Assembly (NCBI GenBank): GCA_046563655.1
Contig: CM102287.1
Span: 7,378,001 to 7,442,000, forward strand
DNA from: Yuukianura sp. NJ FZ-2021
Taxonomy: Eukaryota
Reading direction: 5' to 3'
DNA: 64,000 bases
The notes below the pieces were generated by a model. It did no database searches, was not told the origin of the DNA, and worked only from the letters and a program-made list of their open reading frames with translations. Below, in pieces: positions 12,946 through 29,000 of the stretch. Made by a program: the position numbers and the translations under genes. Position 1 is the stretch's first letter. The number at the start of each line of letters is the position of its first letter.

Positions 12946-14578
12946 AGACTTTGCAATTCGTATAGTCAACTTCTCGTAGTTCATTAATTTAGTAGTTTTT
13001 TGTTTCACAAAGTTACTTTTTTTATAAAATATTTGGAAATTATATGTTTCGGATGTCGTAGGCCAACATTAACTTTTTCATTCTACATAAACCCCAAACA
13101 TGACCTATACAAAAGTTGTTGGTCTAAATTTATTATGTATTTTTTATATGGCTCTTCCCTATCTGAAATTGTGTATTTCATTGTTAAGTTTAAGAATTTC
13201 GAACATTAATTATGTTAAAATTTTCGTTAAAATTTCAAATTTTTTCGTAAATTTCCATTGGTTCTCATTGAGTTGAACTTATTCTAAAATATATTGAGTA
13301 AAAATTTATTTTATTTAAAGAATAATCATCTCTCGGTACTTATGGTAGATCGTTTTCAGTCAGCTGTTTCGCATTTCAAACTTTCGCGCAAAAATTTTCA
13401 AAATTTTTGCTTTGGTTTGTCAAAAAACCTCATTACGTTGTCCGGTTATGACTCTTTGGCGTAATTTAAAGTTGAGTTGTGCGTTTTTCCGAATTTTTTT
13501 TTTTGGATTTCTGTACTTCAGTTTTTCAAAATACCGTATGTCTTCCATTAGTGGTCGGTATGTTTTAAGTATTAATTTCTAATGGTTTTTAGCTTGTCTA
13601 ATTTATGAAATGGCTTCGAAACCTGAAACTTACGTTTATGAAATTTTCTATTCAAAATTTATTTATTAGCGCAGGATCTAACGTAATTAATCTATTCTCA
13701 TGTTAATTTCTAGAAAAACTAAATTTGTTGTTAGTTTAAATATGTGGGGGAAAAATGCACGCCATCACCTACGATGGAAGATTTACGGTAAAATTTCGCA
13801 AAATTTCAAAAAATTCTAGAGTTAATTTACTGACCTATGTTAAACTAAAGTCCCTTGGACCTACATACAAAAACACATTGGAATACATTTGCACGCCATA
13901 ATACATGTTCTTTAGCATTTTTCTGACATTTCCGACGATTCTGAGGATTAGTCAGCCCCTTGTACACCGCGAGGAGAAGTAACTTGACGATTCTGAAGAA
14001 TAGTCGGTCCAACCTATACCGCGGTTAAACCGCGGTCCAAATTCACGCAGGTCACAAGGACTAAGGACATAAGGATTGACGACAGTCAATGAACCCTAAA
14101 GTGTAGGCACTCTAGACATTTTTTGTGGCTACAATGAATGCCTACACCAGCGTAGCCATTTTAACTTAAAGTGGCGACATACGCTACCACGTAACCACTA
14201 AATTGTATTCGAAAAGTGGGTTCACCGTATGGCTACAATGACTGTCATCAAACCTTCTGCCAACCCACTTTTTTTCTCCACTTCTACTGGATTTTGTCAG
14301 CGTTTACACAGTTAGCTGAACTGAATTTACTTTTGAGTTCACATTTTCGGGTTTCTTAATTAGTCATCGTTTTACATCTTAGAGTTGTTTGATAGGAGCG
14401 AATGTTTGGCATTTGACGTATGAAGGAGTCATTCCGGTAAGCAGTTTGTTGTATTTTCGAGGTTGTGAAGTTGTGAATCACAACTTGTGATGATGTTTTA
14501 AATTGTTAATATTTTTGTCTTTAGTAGTGATTTATCGAAGTTTTCTGCATCTGCCTCGCTGTCGCCACAAGTATAAGG

Positions 14579-15091
14579 ATGGGCCCAGTAATCGGTCGAT
14601 TTGGTGTGGTTCTCGGGGTAGCGCTACTATTTCACACAGGATATTCGGTTTCGCAACGTAAGTCCTGGTCACGCCAGAGTGCGTAACACGAAACGTCAAA
14701 ACTAAAATTCAACATTTAAGTGAGCAGTGTGACCTTTCTCCAAACATAAACAATTTCAAGTAGAATTTGTCTTTTAATTGCAGTTCTGGCATTCCTCCGA
14801 TACAACGAAGAAGAGTTCACCACACTTCCAATGGATGTAAGTTCTACAAATCACCGTTTGAGGTTATACTTGTTTTAATGGCACGACACTTAATACAAAC
14901 CTACATTGTTTCAGATAATGTTGGAAGGGTTTTTCGGCGTGGCATTGGCAATTTGGGGGGCCACTGGAATCAAACCTTTCAAAGAAATCAGAGCAATCGA
15001 AGACCTTGCCTGCAAATCATACGAGTCATTGCATCACCGACCGAGTTTCGTCACGTTTAATCACAGAGGAAAAAATCTATTCAGTGAATAA
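14579..15091 (+). CDS. EMC5: ER membrane protein complex subunit 5 / membrane magnesium transporter 1
   Basis: Exons 14579-14657, 14784-14836 and 14915-15091 give MGPVIGRFGVVLGVALLFHTGYSVSQLLAFLRYNEEEFTTLPMDIMLEGFFG...PFKEIRA...LHHRPSFVTFNHRGKNLFSE*. This matches the MMgT family motifs LPxDI and PSFxxFNHRG. Confidence 0.92.
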
Positions 15092-15207
15092 GTTAATCAC
15101 CTTCACCATCGTCCACCGTTATGTAAGAAACTGTAAAAGATTAACATTTTATTAATTAAAAGAAAGAATAGTAAGGAAATTGGATACTTCAACTGAAAGT
15201 CTCATTT

Positions 15208-18266
<3,059 letters not shown>

Positions 18267-20022
18267 TGCTATTTGGCAATCTGAACCTGAACGACGTTAA
18301 AAGTCGAGCTAAGCTATTTACAGAACACTTAACCCTTTTTCTTTTGAGACTGGAAACTGGCTAACGACAGTGACAAACACTGATCACACACGACACCCGT
18401 ACCGGAGACGACAAAAGTGGAGATAAAACGATAAACGCGAGGAATTAAGAAAGCACAACAATCGAAGTCCAAAAAAAAAGAAGCGAAGTAGTGAACAAGA
18501 CAAGACACCAAGAAGAAAGAACCTGCAAAAATCTCTGACATCTGAAAGAAGAAAGAAAACCCGCCGCTTGTCATTCGATTCCCGGCATTTCAATCTTGGT
18601 TAGAGTGGTTCCTCAGACAGATGGCACGCATCATGAAAACACTTTAAATAAACTTAAAAATAATACAATTAGTATAACAATTTACGATAATTTAAACATT
18701 ATTTGGTAAATAGGAAAAACAAGCACAAGTAGGTCCATAGGATCATGAGTGGCTTTTGATGTTAATCATAAAGTTTACAGTAGACGCAAATCGAGTCAAG
18801 TAACCAATGCCAGCCCTCCTGTTGTGCAACTTGCAGTGCAAAAAATGCTATTCGAGGTGCTCTTTGCTCTTGTCTTCTAATTGGTTTGTATATCACGTAG
18901 AGGATCTTCCAAAATCCATGTTCCAAATTGCGAAGAAAAAAAAATAGCCTAACTAAATTACTAATGAGCTTATGTTCACTTAAATTAATCTAAAATAAAA
19001 ATTTCCTAATGAGAAAGAAAAACACGTTACTTGCTTTCTCCGTATGTTTTTCCATATTTTATTAAAAGTGAAGCGTCTCTTTTCATAAAATCTACGCTCC
19101 GTCGACAATTTCAATTTAAAATTTCGTCGACTTAAATTAATTTTTTACTAATAATCTCACTTGAATAAATCCAAAAAATATAATTAATAGGTTGTAATGG
19201 GGCTACATTCTATCGGATTCGGAACAGGATTGATCAATTCATACGTTTAAAATCTACAGTAAGAACCCTGCTTCACTTCTGTCCCCTTGTCCAAAGGTAC
19301 AATGGTTCAGAGATTCGAACCTTATTAAAGTTAACTGCGAAGGCAGTTTATACCTGTTTTCAGTTAATTATTACTTGGAATGAATATAATTTTTCGAAAA
19401 GTGAGTTTCAAAGGCATTAAAACAGTTTAAAGATTAAGTTGCATTTAAGTCAAGTCTGCTTAGGAAATGTATGTGTATCAATGGACAATGGAATAATAGT
19501 CTTCTGTCGATGGAGTAAAAGATAAATATCTTCAGTAAAGATGAGCTGCTCTAAACATTAAACAATTAAGTTACACCTTACTAAAGATATGCGTAGATAA
19601 CTAAATTGTAAAATAGTATTTAAGTATTTGGAAAAACATTTGGTGGGCTTACACTAACAACGCTACCAAATATATCCAAGCTAAATTGATTTTTCTTCGT
19701 CTCCAGAGGCACTTTCGCTATAGCTTCCATATTCCATTGGTGAAAGTATCGCTTTGCATTTTACAAATCAATTTCTTACATAGTAGTTCAAACGTGGAAA
19801 TTATTACTTTAAATTATTACTGCTGGAATTACCTATTTAATTAATAGTAGTCAATGCTAAGTGAAATGAAGTTTACCAGTATAACGGACTTTGTTCGAAA
19901 AATTTCTTGCGTAGATTTGTGAAATTTGTTTCATACTTTGTTCCGCGGGCGAGTTCAGTTTCTGTAACGTATGGACCCCAAGTCACTTTGGTCAATTCAA
20001 ATGTGTCTTCTTTTAGTTCAAT

Positions 20023-23000
20023 TCAATCGCTCTCGTTGTTATTATTCACCAATGGTGTTCCTGGCACTTCGATTTCTCTTTGGGCCCTGGAAGTTTTCAC
20101 CTTGTCCTTTGGTGTATGAGCTTCCCCGGATGATACAGCAAACCTGAAAATGAAAACCATTCCAAATCATTAGCGTGGCAAGTATTTTCTCAAATTAAGT
20201 AAACTGTGCCAAACCAGGCGTCAAACTTACATCTTCATCTTCTCTTGGAATGTCAATTTCTCAGGTTTAGGAGTTGACTGTTTCTGCTGCTGCTGTTCCT
20301 CAAGGCGCCTCCAACGAGGATCACGGTAAACTATCAAATCAATTAAATTGTTACAATTTTCCAGTAGAAACAATCGATTGATATTCCAGTATTTCTCAGC
20401 AAACCTTCCTGGGCTCCAATAACACCAGGAGTATTTCCGATTCCGCCTCCGTTCGTGCCGTCGGGACTTCTGGGACTGGACAACATCGCTGTCGCTTCAG
20501 AGAGGAATAACTAGAAACAAATTAACAAGCATAATTTAATAAACGACAACATTAGTCGGGACTTTCTCAAACTGGAACACCTACTTGTGTAGGGTGAGCA
20601 CTAAAACCTTACTGCAGCATGGCAAAGAAGTTAAAAATAAGAACTAAATAGTACGAGACAACACAAGCAGCCAAATACAACGGATTTTGAATCTTTCACT
20701 TACATTGGGATCCTCGCGAACTCTCTCAGTTTCAACTGGAGACGGAGACGATGGTTCGTTCGTATCAACCGTTTCGTTGAAAGACACTGTTTTCTTATCG
20801 GACTTCGGTCGGGTAGGGGATGACTGTGGAGGGCTCACGGGTGACTTTTGAGGTGACACGGAACCATGACTTCGAGAGAGCGCTGGCGGAGGAGACTTTG
20901 GCAACGGCGGAGCCTCTTGGGAGCCAAATGCTGTCGTAGGAGAGGCAAGTTTAGGTGGAAATGAGGAACGGTATTGCTGAGGTTGCTGTTGATATGATAC
21001 TTTGAGAGGCTGTTGGGCTGGCTGACTCTTCCGTTTAAGCTCTTCCTGTTCCTGAAAAGAATCAGAAATCAGGTTTAAAGTTACGTGATTCCATTGTCAG
21101 TTTGAAATCACAATTTTAAATTAATCAGCCAATGCATTGTACCCGTCGTCTTTGTGCTTCTCGGACAAGTCGTTCTTCAGCCGCCTGCGTCGCTTCTAGC
21201 TCAATTTTCTTGCGTCGAATTTCTTCAAGCTTTCTCGCTCTGTCGTCTTCTTTGGAAACTCCATTCATTCCACCCGTAGTTTGATTATTAAGTCTCGTTC
21301 GTTCCAAATCTTCTTGAATTCTTTTGACCATCGCTTTCCTTTCATCTTCTTCGTCCTCATCGGGGTCACCATCTCCACCGTCATACTCTTCGTCTCTTCT
21401 GTTAAGCTCTTCGGCCCTTCGCTGGAACTCCCTCTCCATCCTAAACAGATACGAAACACGATGATCATTCCACGGGATTCATTCCAGAAAGATCTGAAAA
21501 CTTACTTTAGAGATTTCAATTGCTCTTCCTGGGCACTGTTTCTGTTTGATCCCAATAGTTCTAGTTCATTAATTTGCTGGTCACGCCAATACTTCGCAGC
21601 CTCAATTCGTCTTTGCAGTTCTCTTTCCTTTTCCTCTCGTTCCCACGGACTATTTAGAGTCTGGGGATTTTTGTTATTAAAATTATGAGACGTTCGTGGT
21701 GTTTCATCTGCAGTGTGTCTGTATTCCATCGGGAGTGGAGGTCGCCCAGGAGGCTGCTCTTGGGCATCCATGCCATGAAGATAAGGTTTGGGGACAGCAG
21801 CAGGCTGTCCCATGCTGGAAGGACGTTGCTGCTGTGGCGGTAAATACCGACTCGGTGGTGTGTACCTTTGGTTGATCCGATCTGCCAGAGAACCAAAAAA
21901 GATAATTTTATTTCAACAATTCAGTTTTTCTTTAAAAAAAATTGAAATCAGTACCAGGATAGCCTTGCTGAGCTTTGTGCATCATAAGCATCGCCCTCTC
22001 TTCGCGCCTCCTGAGTTCATCTTGCATTTCAAGCATCTTCGCTTCTTGTCTCAATAGATTCTGATTGATTTGAGCAGGGTGGGGTTGGTGGAGTTGCTGA
22101 GATCGCTGCCATTGTTGTTGCTGAAAGAGTTGCTGTTGGGACATTGCGTTTGGATTAGCGGACATGGAGGGACTTGGGTTTGGAGCTGGTCCACGTCCGA
22201 GATTCGAATGCATTGGATTCCGCAAGGCTGAGGATTGGTTGGTCGGAATACTGCCAGTAGAGTAACTGTTCGGAATGTACGTTCTCACGGGCATATTCGC
22301 TGGATTAATTGGAGGGGGCGGAGCGTTATAGTAAGCCAAATTCTGGTAAAATCTGTCTTCCTCTGGATGCAAATACAAAGCTGGCGTTGAGGGCTGCTTT
22401 GTTCCAATATCGGGACGGTGAACTGGATCAGTCAAACTTTGAATTGATCTGCAAATGACAAAGTAAAACATTAAATTATTGAAATTAGGTTGAGCAATGT
22501 CCATTGTATTTAAAAGTACCTCGACCGAAGTGCACCGTGATGTTGCTGAGACGAGTCAATTTGCCTTTGAGCAGGCATCGTCATGGAGTTCACAGCAGGG
22601 TACTGTCGAGGGTATCTCGCGCCTGCCATTGAGTCTTGAACTGTTCTTACAGGGTCAACGGGTTGGACCATTTGACCGTTAGCCATTGTCACTCCACCAC
22701 TTCCCGTGATGCCAGTACCAACAGAACTGTCACTGTTGAGTGAAGGAACAGACTTGGACGCTTGAATGCGTGATTGGTTCAAAGGGTGACCATGGTGGAA
22801 CCCTCCTTCGGTCACATCCAGATTCTGTTCACGCAAAACCTTAGAAGGAAGATCACGTTCACTCATGCGACGAGGAGCGGCTAATCCCCCTGCGAAAAAA
22901 TGTCCAGGAAAAAGTAATATTAGTATTCCAATTGAACAAAGGACTGTAACAAATTATTCCACACACAAAACAAAAGAAACCTCATGCAAGGAAAGCAAAC

Positions 23001-26000
23001 TGAGTGAAGTCTTGTAAAATAATCCTATGAATTTTTCATGTTCATAACAGACAAAAACCTCCATTTCAGCAAAACAGATCTCAAAAGAGTGTTGCGCTTG
23101 AGGCCAACAGCTCATTTTTCATAATTCAAAAACAAGAAAAACCAAAAAATGCAGAAATGAAACTTCCAACTTTCCCTGTGTCACAAACCGGCAAATGAAC
23201 AGCCGAAAACAATATAAAGTGCGAATGTGCTGTGCTCCAGATCGTGCAAAACGGAAACAGGATGCTTCTAAATTGCCAAAACGATTTAGACCTTGGATCC
23301 TTACAAGGCGTCGTCGTTAGACTCTGTGACCGAAACTCTCTGCTATATCTACTTGGACTCAGATCCGTGTCTAGATTGTATTGTTGTGACGGAAGGAAGA
23401 ACTTTAGGAGTCGAGACGAACCAATGACACGCGGAACGCCTATGGCCGAATCACTGAGACCCCGACGACTCAGCGCTTCCAGCGACTTGACTCTTGACAA
23501 ACAACCTTCACTTTGGGCCGACCGGAGGTATCCAATGCCACCACCAAATGCCCACGTATCGGCTCTTGGTGACGGTAGTTCAGAAGAGCCTCTCCAGGAT
23601 CTGCTATTCCACTCCTTGTAGTCATATACTTCCAAATCTAAGTGAAGCGATCCAAACAATTTACGCTAACAATGTTTCTCAGTTAGTTGAAGCCCGCACA
23701 TCAACGTTAGTTATACCACTATAATTCTGACCACTTCATTACCTCATTTCATTATGGATTATTAGAAGCTATTGTTTCAATTTACCTCTGGAAAGAACTG
23801 GAGAAGGTTGTGACAACATGGTGGCCAATCCTTCGTAAATGGCAGCCTCTTTGGCAACTTCGAGTGACACAATTGGTCCTGTTCTCACGAGGTACTCAGC
23901 GGCCCTACAAAACAAAAATGCTTCAATAAACACAAGTTTTTATACAAAAGTTTTTAAAACAAACTTCAACATAATTTAAACAGCATACCGTTCTTGTGTA
24001 ATTCCAACAAGGCTCTGACCATCTACACTCAACAGTTGGTCTCCGGCTGCAAGTCGTCCATCCTGTAAAAATCAAACAATAGTTTTAACAAAAGTTCTTT
24101 TAACCCTAAATTTCTAAATTTAGAGCGCTGAGTCATACAAAGTGCGTCAGAAGAAGGGGAGACTTCAGCTTGAAAAATAAAACTTAAGAAAAATCCAATA
24201 AATTCGTCATCAGACAGCCCAAAATAAAACAAATGTCACTAAAAAGTCCTAATTTTAACCCACGCACAAACCCATAAATCAAAGCGTTGTCTCCCCCAGG
24301 AAAAGCTTGGTCTTAACTTTGTTCTTGGAAAACCCAACCCAGCTACCTTGTTTATATATTTAAGTCCAGCTACCAGCAGAATAAGCTCTTCGCTGACGTA
24401 AAACCAAAACACATTGATTGTTTATGCTACATTTCTCTCCAGCATTTGGAAACATTCGGTCACAAAAAATATTTCACGAAAATTTCCGTCAACTAACATT
24501 CTGCATAGAACATTTAAAATCTGACGGAAATTGTCCACATGTACACTGAAATAGCGCAATTCGCTACAGCAATAACAAGTGTAATTAACGTAATTAACGC
24601 GTAAATATTAACGTCAATTAACAATGTAATTTCATGTGATCACAAGGAGTCTCCGGTGGGACGAAAAAACAGTTCGTGCTAATTTTCATTACCTTTGTTC
24701 TCGTAACAGAATTTCTAAGATGCTGTTTCCCATTAAATATTTAGCTCTTAATTCCCTTAACTCGCCAACTTTCCAAAGTTGGTTAGCACAACTAAATTGT
24801 TCATGATCTTTCATCTCCCGTGAGAAATAGAACGCAGATCAGACCAAAAACCACTGACTAATGAAATACGTCACAGTAAGCTTCCATTGTTACTTTAAGA
24901 CCGCAAATCATCAAAAATACTACAAAGCTCGAAAGAGTCAAAAAGTCAAGAAAGCACTAAAAATTGAACGACAAGCCATAAAAATCTCGCCTCCAGAGAA
25001 TATCCTACAGAACGGTCGTGTTATATTTTTTCAGCGATTCTTCAAACCAAAAGTCGTATAGCTTATCCGTCATAAATTATGAAAAGCAATTTCAACTTGG
25101 GATTTCCACGTTGTTCCACTCTTTCACTCAAGTTTTTACCTCACACAAAAACCAATCTGATTTTCGCTGACACAAAACAACTCCATTTTTTTCGTGTTTT
25201 CAAAATACCCTTTCTATTCTAACCGACTTGACAAAGAAGTAGCCGCGAAATCTGCAATTCAGTTAAAAATTGAAATGTCGCGACAAATGACACGTCTTCC
25301 ACATTTACCTGCCAAACAACGCTCAAAGTTCAAATCATTTATAAAGCTGCCACGTCCAAAACAAAATCCATTATCAGAAAACATGTCACAAATTCAGAGC
25401 TTGAAGTGCTGACAAAGATTCAAAAACTACTCAAATCGTTAGCATACGAAACAAACTGTCAAAGAAAATGGTTTAAAGCTCCAAAAGGCTTACAGAAGTT
25501 GACAGACAGTGATCATCATTGTTTACATCAAAGAAACGTACAAGTAACAACAGACTACTCAACGGAATAATGCATATTTTCATGAATACAACATAATAAA
25601 CCCCTAACATAAGTACGGCATTAATATTTTCAAAGCATAACATAGCGTAGACAAAACACCAGACAACAAACACGCAGGATTAAAACTCACCACTTTCTAT
25701 AAAACGTCTCTCGTTTTACCAATGTTTTGTTACTTCAAAAACCACTAAACTTCAACACAATGAGAACGAGAACTTCAAAGTGTTTCCCACAAAAGGAGAA
25801 AGTAAAAACCTAACATCAAGTTTTCCTTCGTTAGCATCAAAACTTTCATCGAAAATTCAAAATTTTGATTAGGAAAGGCAATTAAACTATGTACATGAAA
25901 TGAAAATATGAGGAAAGAAATGTATAACGGAAGGTTGTGATTGTGATTAAACTTTTTTAATGATTCGAAATTTAAGTACTAAACTAAAAGGCGGAGGTAA

Positions 26001-29000
26001 CACAGAGATAAAGTCAAAGTGCTGCTGTGTTTACCGACACAGGAAGAAGAATCTGATGCTTGGCTGCTTCCAATTCTTCCTTCCAAAACTGCTTAAAATA
26101 GTTTGGGCGTAACAACAAACGGGGAAGACGCTTTGCACTAAAACTTCAAAAAAGTCTGTGCTCCGTTACGCTACGTTTAACTGAACTTTTTCAAAATACT
26201 AAACATTTCTGTTTTTGTTTCTTGTGTTTACCATGATGTAAGTCTTGCAGAGAAAAAGAAAGAAACCGTAAAAACAAAAGATGATGGAACGAAAGGTAAT
26301 AAATTGTCGAAAAATCTGGAAACTTTCAAACTCTTCAGCATAAATCATCATCCAGGTTCAAATGAAATGACACGTGACCTCAGCATTTCGATGTCATTCG
26401 TCACACACTAGCTTTGCAAAATCAATTTGTCAACTTCGCCTCCAAATATTCTAAGCTGACAGGTACCATTACACTTATTGTGAATGATACAGATTGTAAT
26501 TAAGCTAAGCCTAACGTAATGCGGTTTTTTGAATTCAAAAATGGCGCGTCAGGATTCTGGAGAAATTATGATTAACGCAAATAAGCTCCAGCGTTGTTAA
26601 GCGCAGTCGTGAGTCAGTCTGATGCTTCGTAAGTCGAAAAAGCGCACTACAAAAAGTCATTATATGCTGCTACATCCTGAACCCCCATAATCCCCGGAAT
26701 AAAAATTGCTCCTTACGAAGCCAAATTTACCGGAAAACTACGCATAAACACATTTGTTTGAAAATTTCGTAAAAGACAAATTTTTCTTACCTTGTCTGCA
26801 GATCCGCCTTTCACAACAGACTTGATATAAATTCCCAGCCGATCCTGCGAGCTTCCCTGCAAAAACAAATGAAGAAACAAATTTTAGAAACACAATTTGT
26901 TTTTCGAATTCGGCACATGTAATTCCTGCAAAATACTCTAGAAATTTGAGAGTGTTAGAGATCTTGAAACTGCAACAGCCGAAGTATGGCTCTAATAGTA
27001 TTTAATCAAAACGACTAAAAAGTTCTACCAAAAACATGTCGTACTGTTTGCACCAACTTTTTTCTGTCTCTCTCGAATAGCAAGGACAAAAACCGTCTTG
27101 AGCTCAAGAATGGAAGGATTTCATTACATCTAATTTTTCATGAATGCTATGTAAAAGTGACACCAAAAGACTTCGGAAAGACCACACCGCTTACAAAAAC
27201 AGCATCTCCAATTTCTTCTCATAAAATTCTACAATAAAAGTTTCTCGATCTGTGGTAGGTTTGAATTTTAAAGTGTCACACTAAAATAGAGATGGAACGC
27301 ATATTTAAATTCAAACTCCACATGAACCCAACCAAATAAATCACAAAGCATAAACATCAAAACCGAAAAAGAACTAACTACGTCAACTAAACTTTCGAAA
27401 CCGAAATTACCTCGGCCGACAAAACAGTGAAACCTTCAGGGAACCGCTAAAAATACTAAAAATACCGGTACCAAAAATTTCTAAAGTTTTCGAAAAATTT
27501 GTACTAGTATTTCCCAAATTTTTACACTAAAAAACTGACCTGCTCCAAATCCTCGACTTCATAAGCAGTCGGATTTGGCTCAAGACATGAAATTGCAAAA
27601 TTGGCAATACTGCGTCTCTTTTGCAACTGCTGTTTTCGGAGAATGCTGAGTCGAGCCTCCAAGTCACAAATTGCCACCCCATTATAGTAAACTGTTTGGC
27701 CCAAGGGGGTGTCAAAGGTCACACCATTGCCTCCATTATTACTCCCCGCAGAACCATTTCTGCTACACAAAACTCCATTGCCATTGGCAGTATTACAACA
27801 ATACTCCACAGCATTCCCATTCCTCAATGCCACAGGTTCAGCATAACTCTTAGGTCGAATTCTTAGTTTCGTCTCCAACGATCTTGCTCTCGTAATTTTC
27901 TCAGCCGCAAAGATTTCACTCGAATGTTTCATCATTTCACCGCTAGACCAAGTTGATCCATCATTTTCACTTCTTTGTCGTTGTTTCTGCAATTCCTGTT
28001 CCGCTTGACTCTCAAACCCAAAGTACCACTGTGAATCTTCATCTTTTGCCAAATTTTGACTTTGACATAGGCTGAGTCGACTCTTGGCTTCGTTTCGATA
28101 GCGCTCGGCAGCAAACGGATGCCGTCTACTTCTAAATCCACCGCGACTCATCCCTAGTCATCAACCCTCCGTTTTATGTCACACGCACGATTAACTTCTC
28201 AAGTTCACAAATACTTCCGAAACCATAACACTGGAAACTCTATTCAACTTTTTCAAAATACTTTTCCTTTTTAAACCTCCACTAATTCTTTCTCGTTCAT
28301 TCCTCCCTAAAGGTCAAAGGTCAGACTTGAAATACAGTAGAAAACAATACACTTAAAACTGAAAAAGATTTTTAGTCTCTCCGCACAAACTGAGAAAAAA
28401 GAACCTCCTTCGCCTACGACTTCCTGTCCAATACTAAGAAATTGTTCAACTTAACATTCAAAAATTTCCATCACCTAGCAACAGTTGAAGGTTTTTGAAG
28501 ATGGATATCCTCCCTTTATCTTATAGCCCTCTCTTCCTATTCTCTCATCATCAAAGAGACACTAATTTCCGTCTTCCTCTCCAAATCCGGATTTTCTTCA
28601 CACGCCCTCCCCCGTTTCCTAAATAAAAAACACTCAAAAACGACTTTCTGCTTTCCCAAACGGACGAAATGTGCTGTTTTATAGCCCCATGCTTAAATGC
28701 TAAACAGATCCATTCATCCCTCTTCTTTATACTAAAGTTGTCCTGATCCATTTCAACAACCCCTGCGGATAAATCTCAATTTCAAAATTCATCCACCCTC
28801 AAGCTCAATATTCTTTTCAGTTTCCATTTCAGCAAAAAATTTAAATTTCCATTTCAAAACTCCACACTTACACATCTCACCCAAGTCATGCGTGCCAAAT
28901 CCTTCTTTTGAAAAAAAAAATCAACTTTTTGAACAAGTTCAATGACGAAACTAATATTTTACGCTACTACGCTGCTTGACATAAACTCTACAGATTCCAG

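Noticed and set aside
21281..23724. Plus-strand ORFs over afadin exons (and similar ones over MCM7, LYST and PRDM10)
   Set aside because: They are antisense shadows of real coding exons with no motifs of their own.
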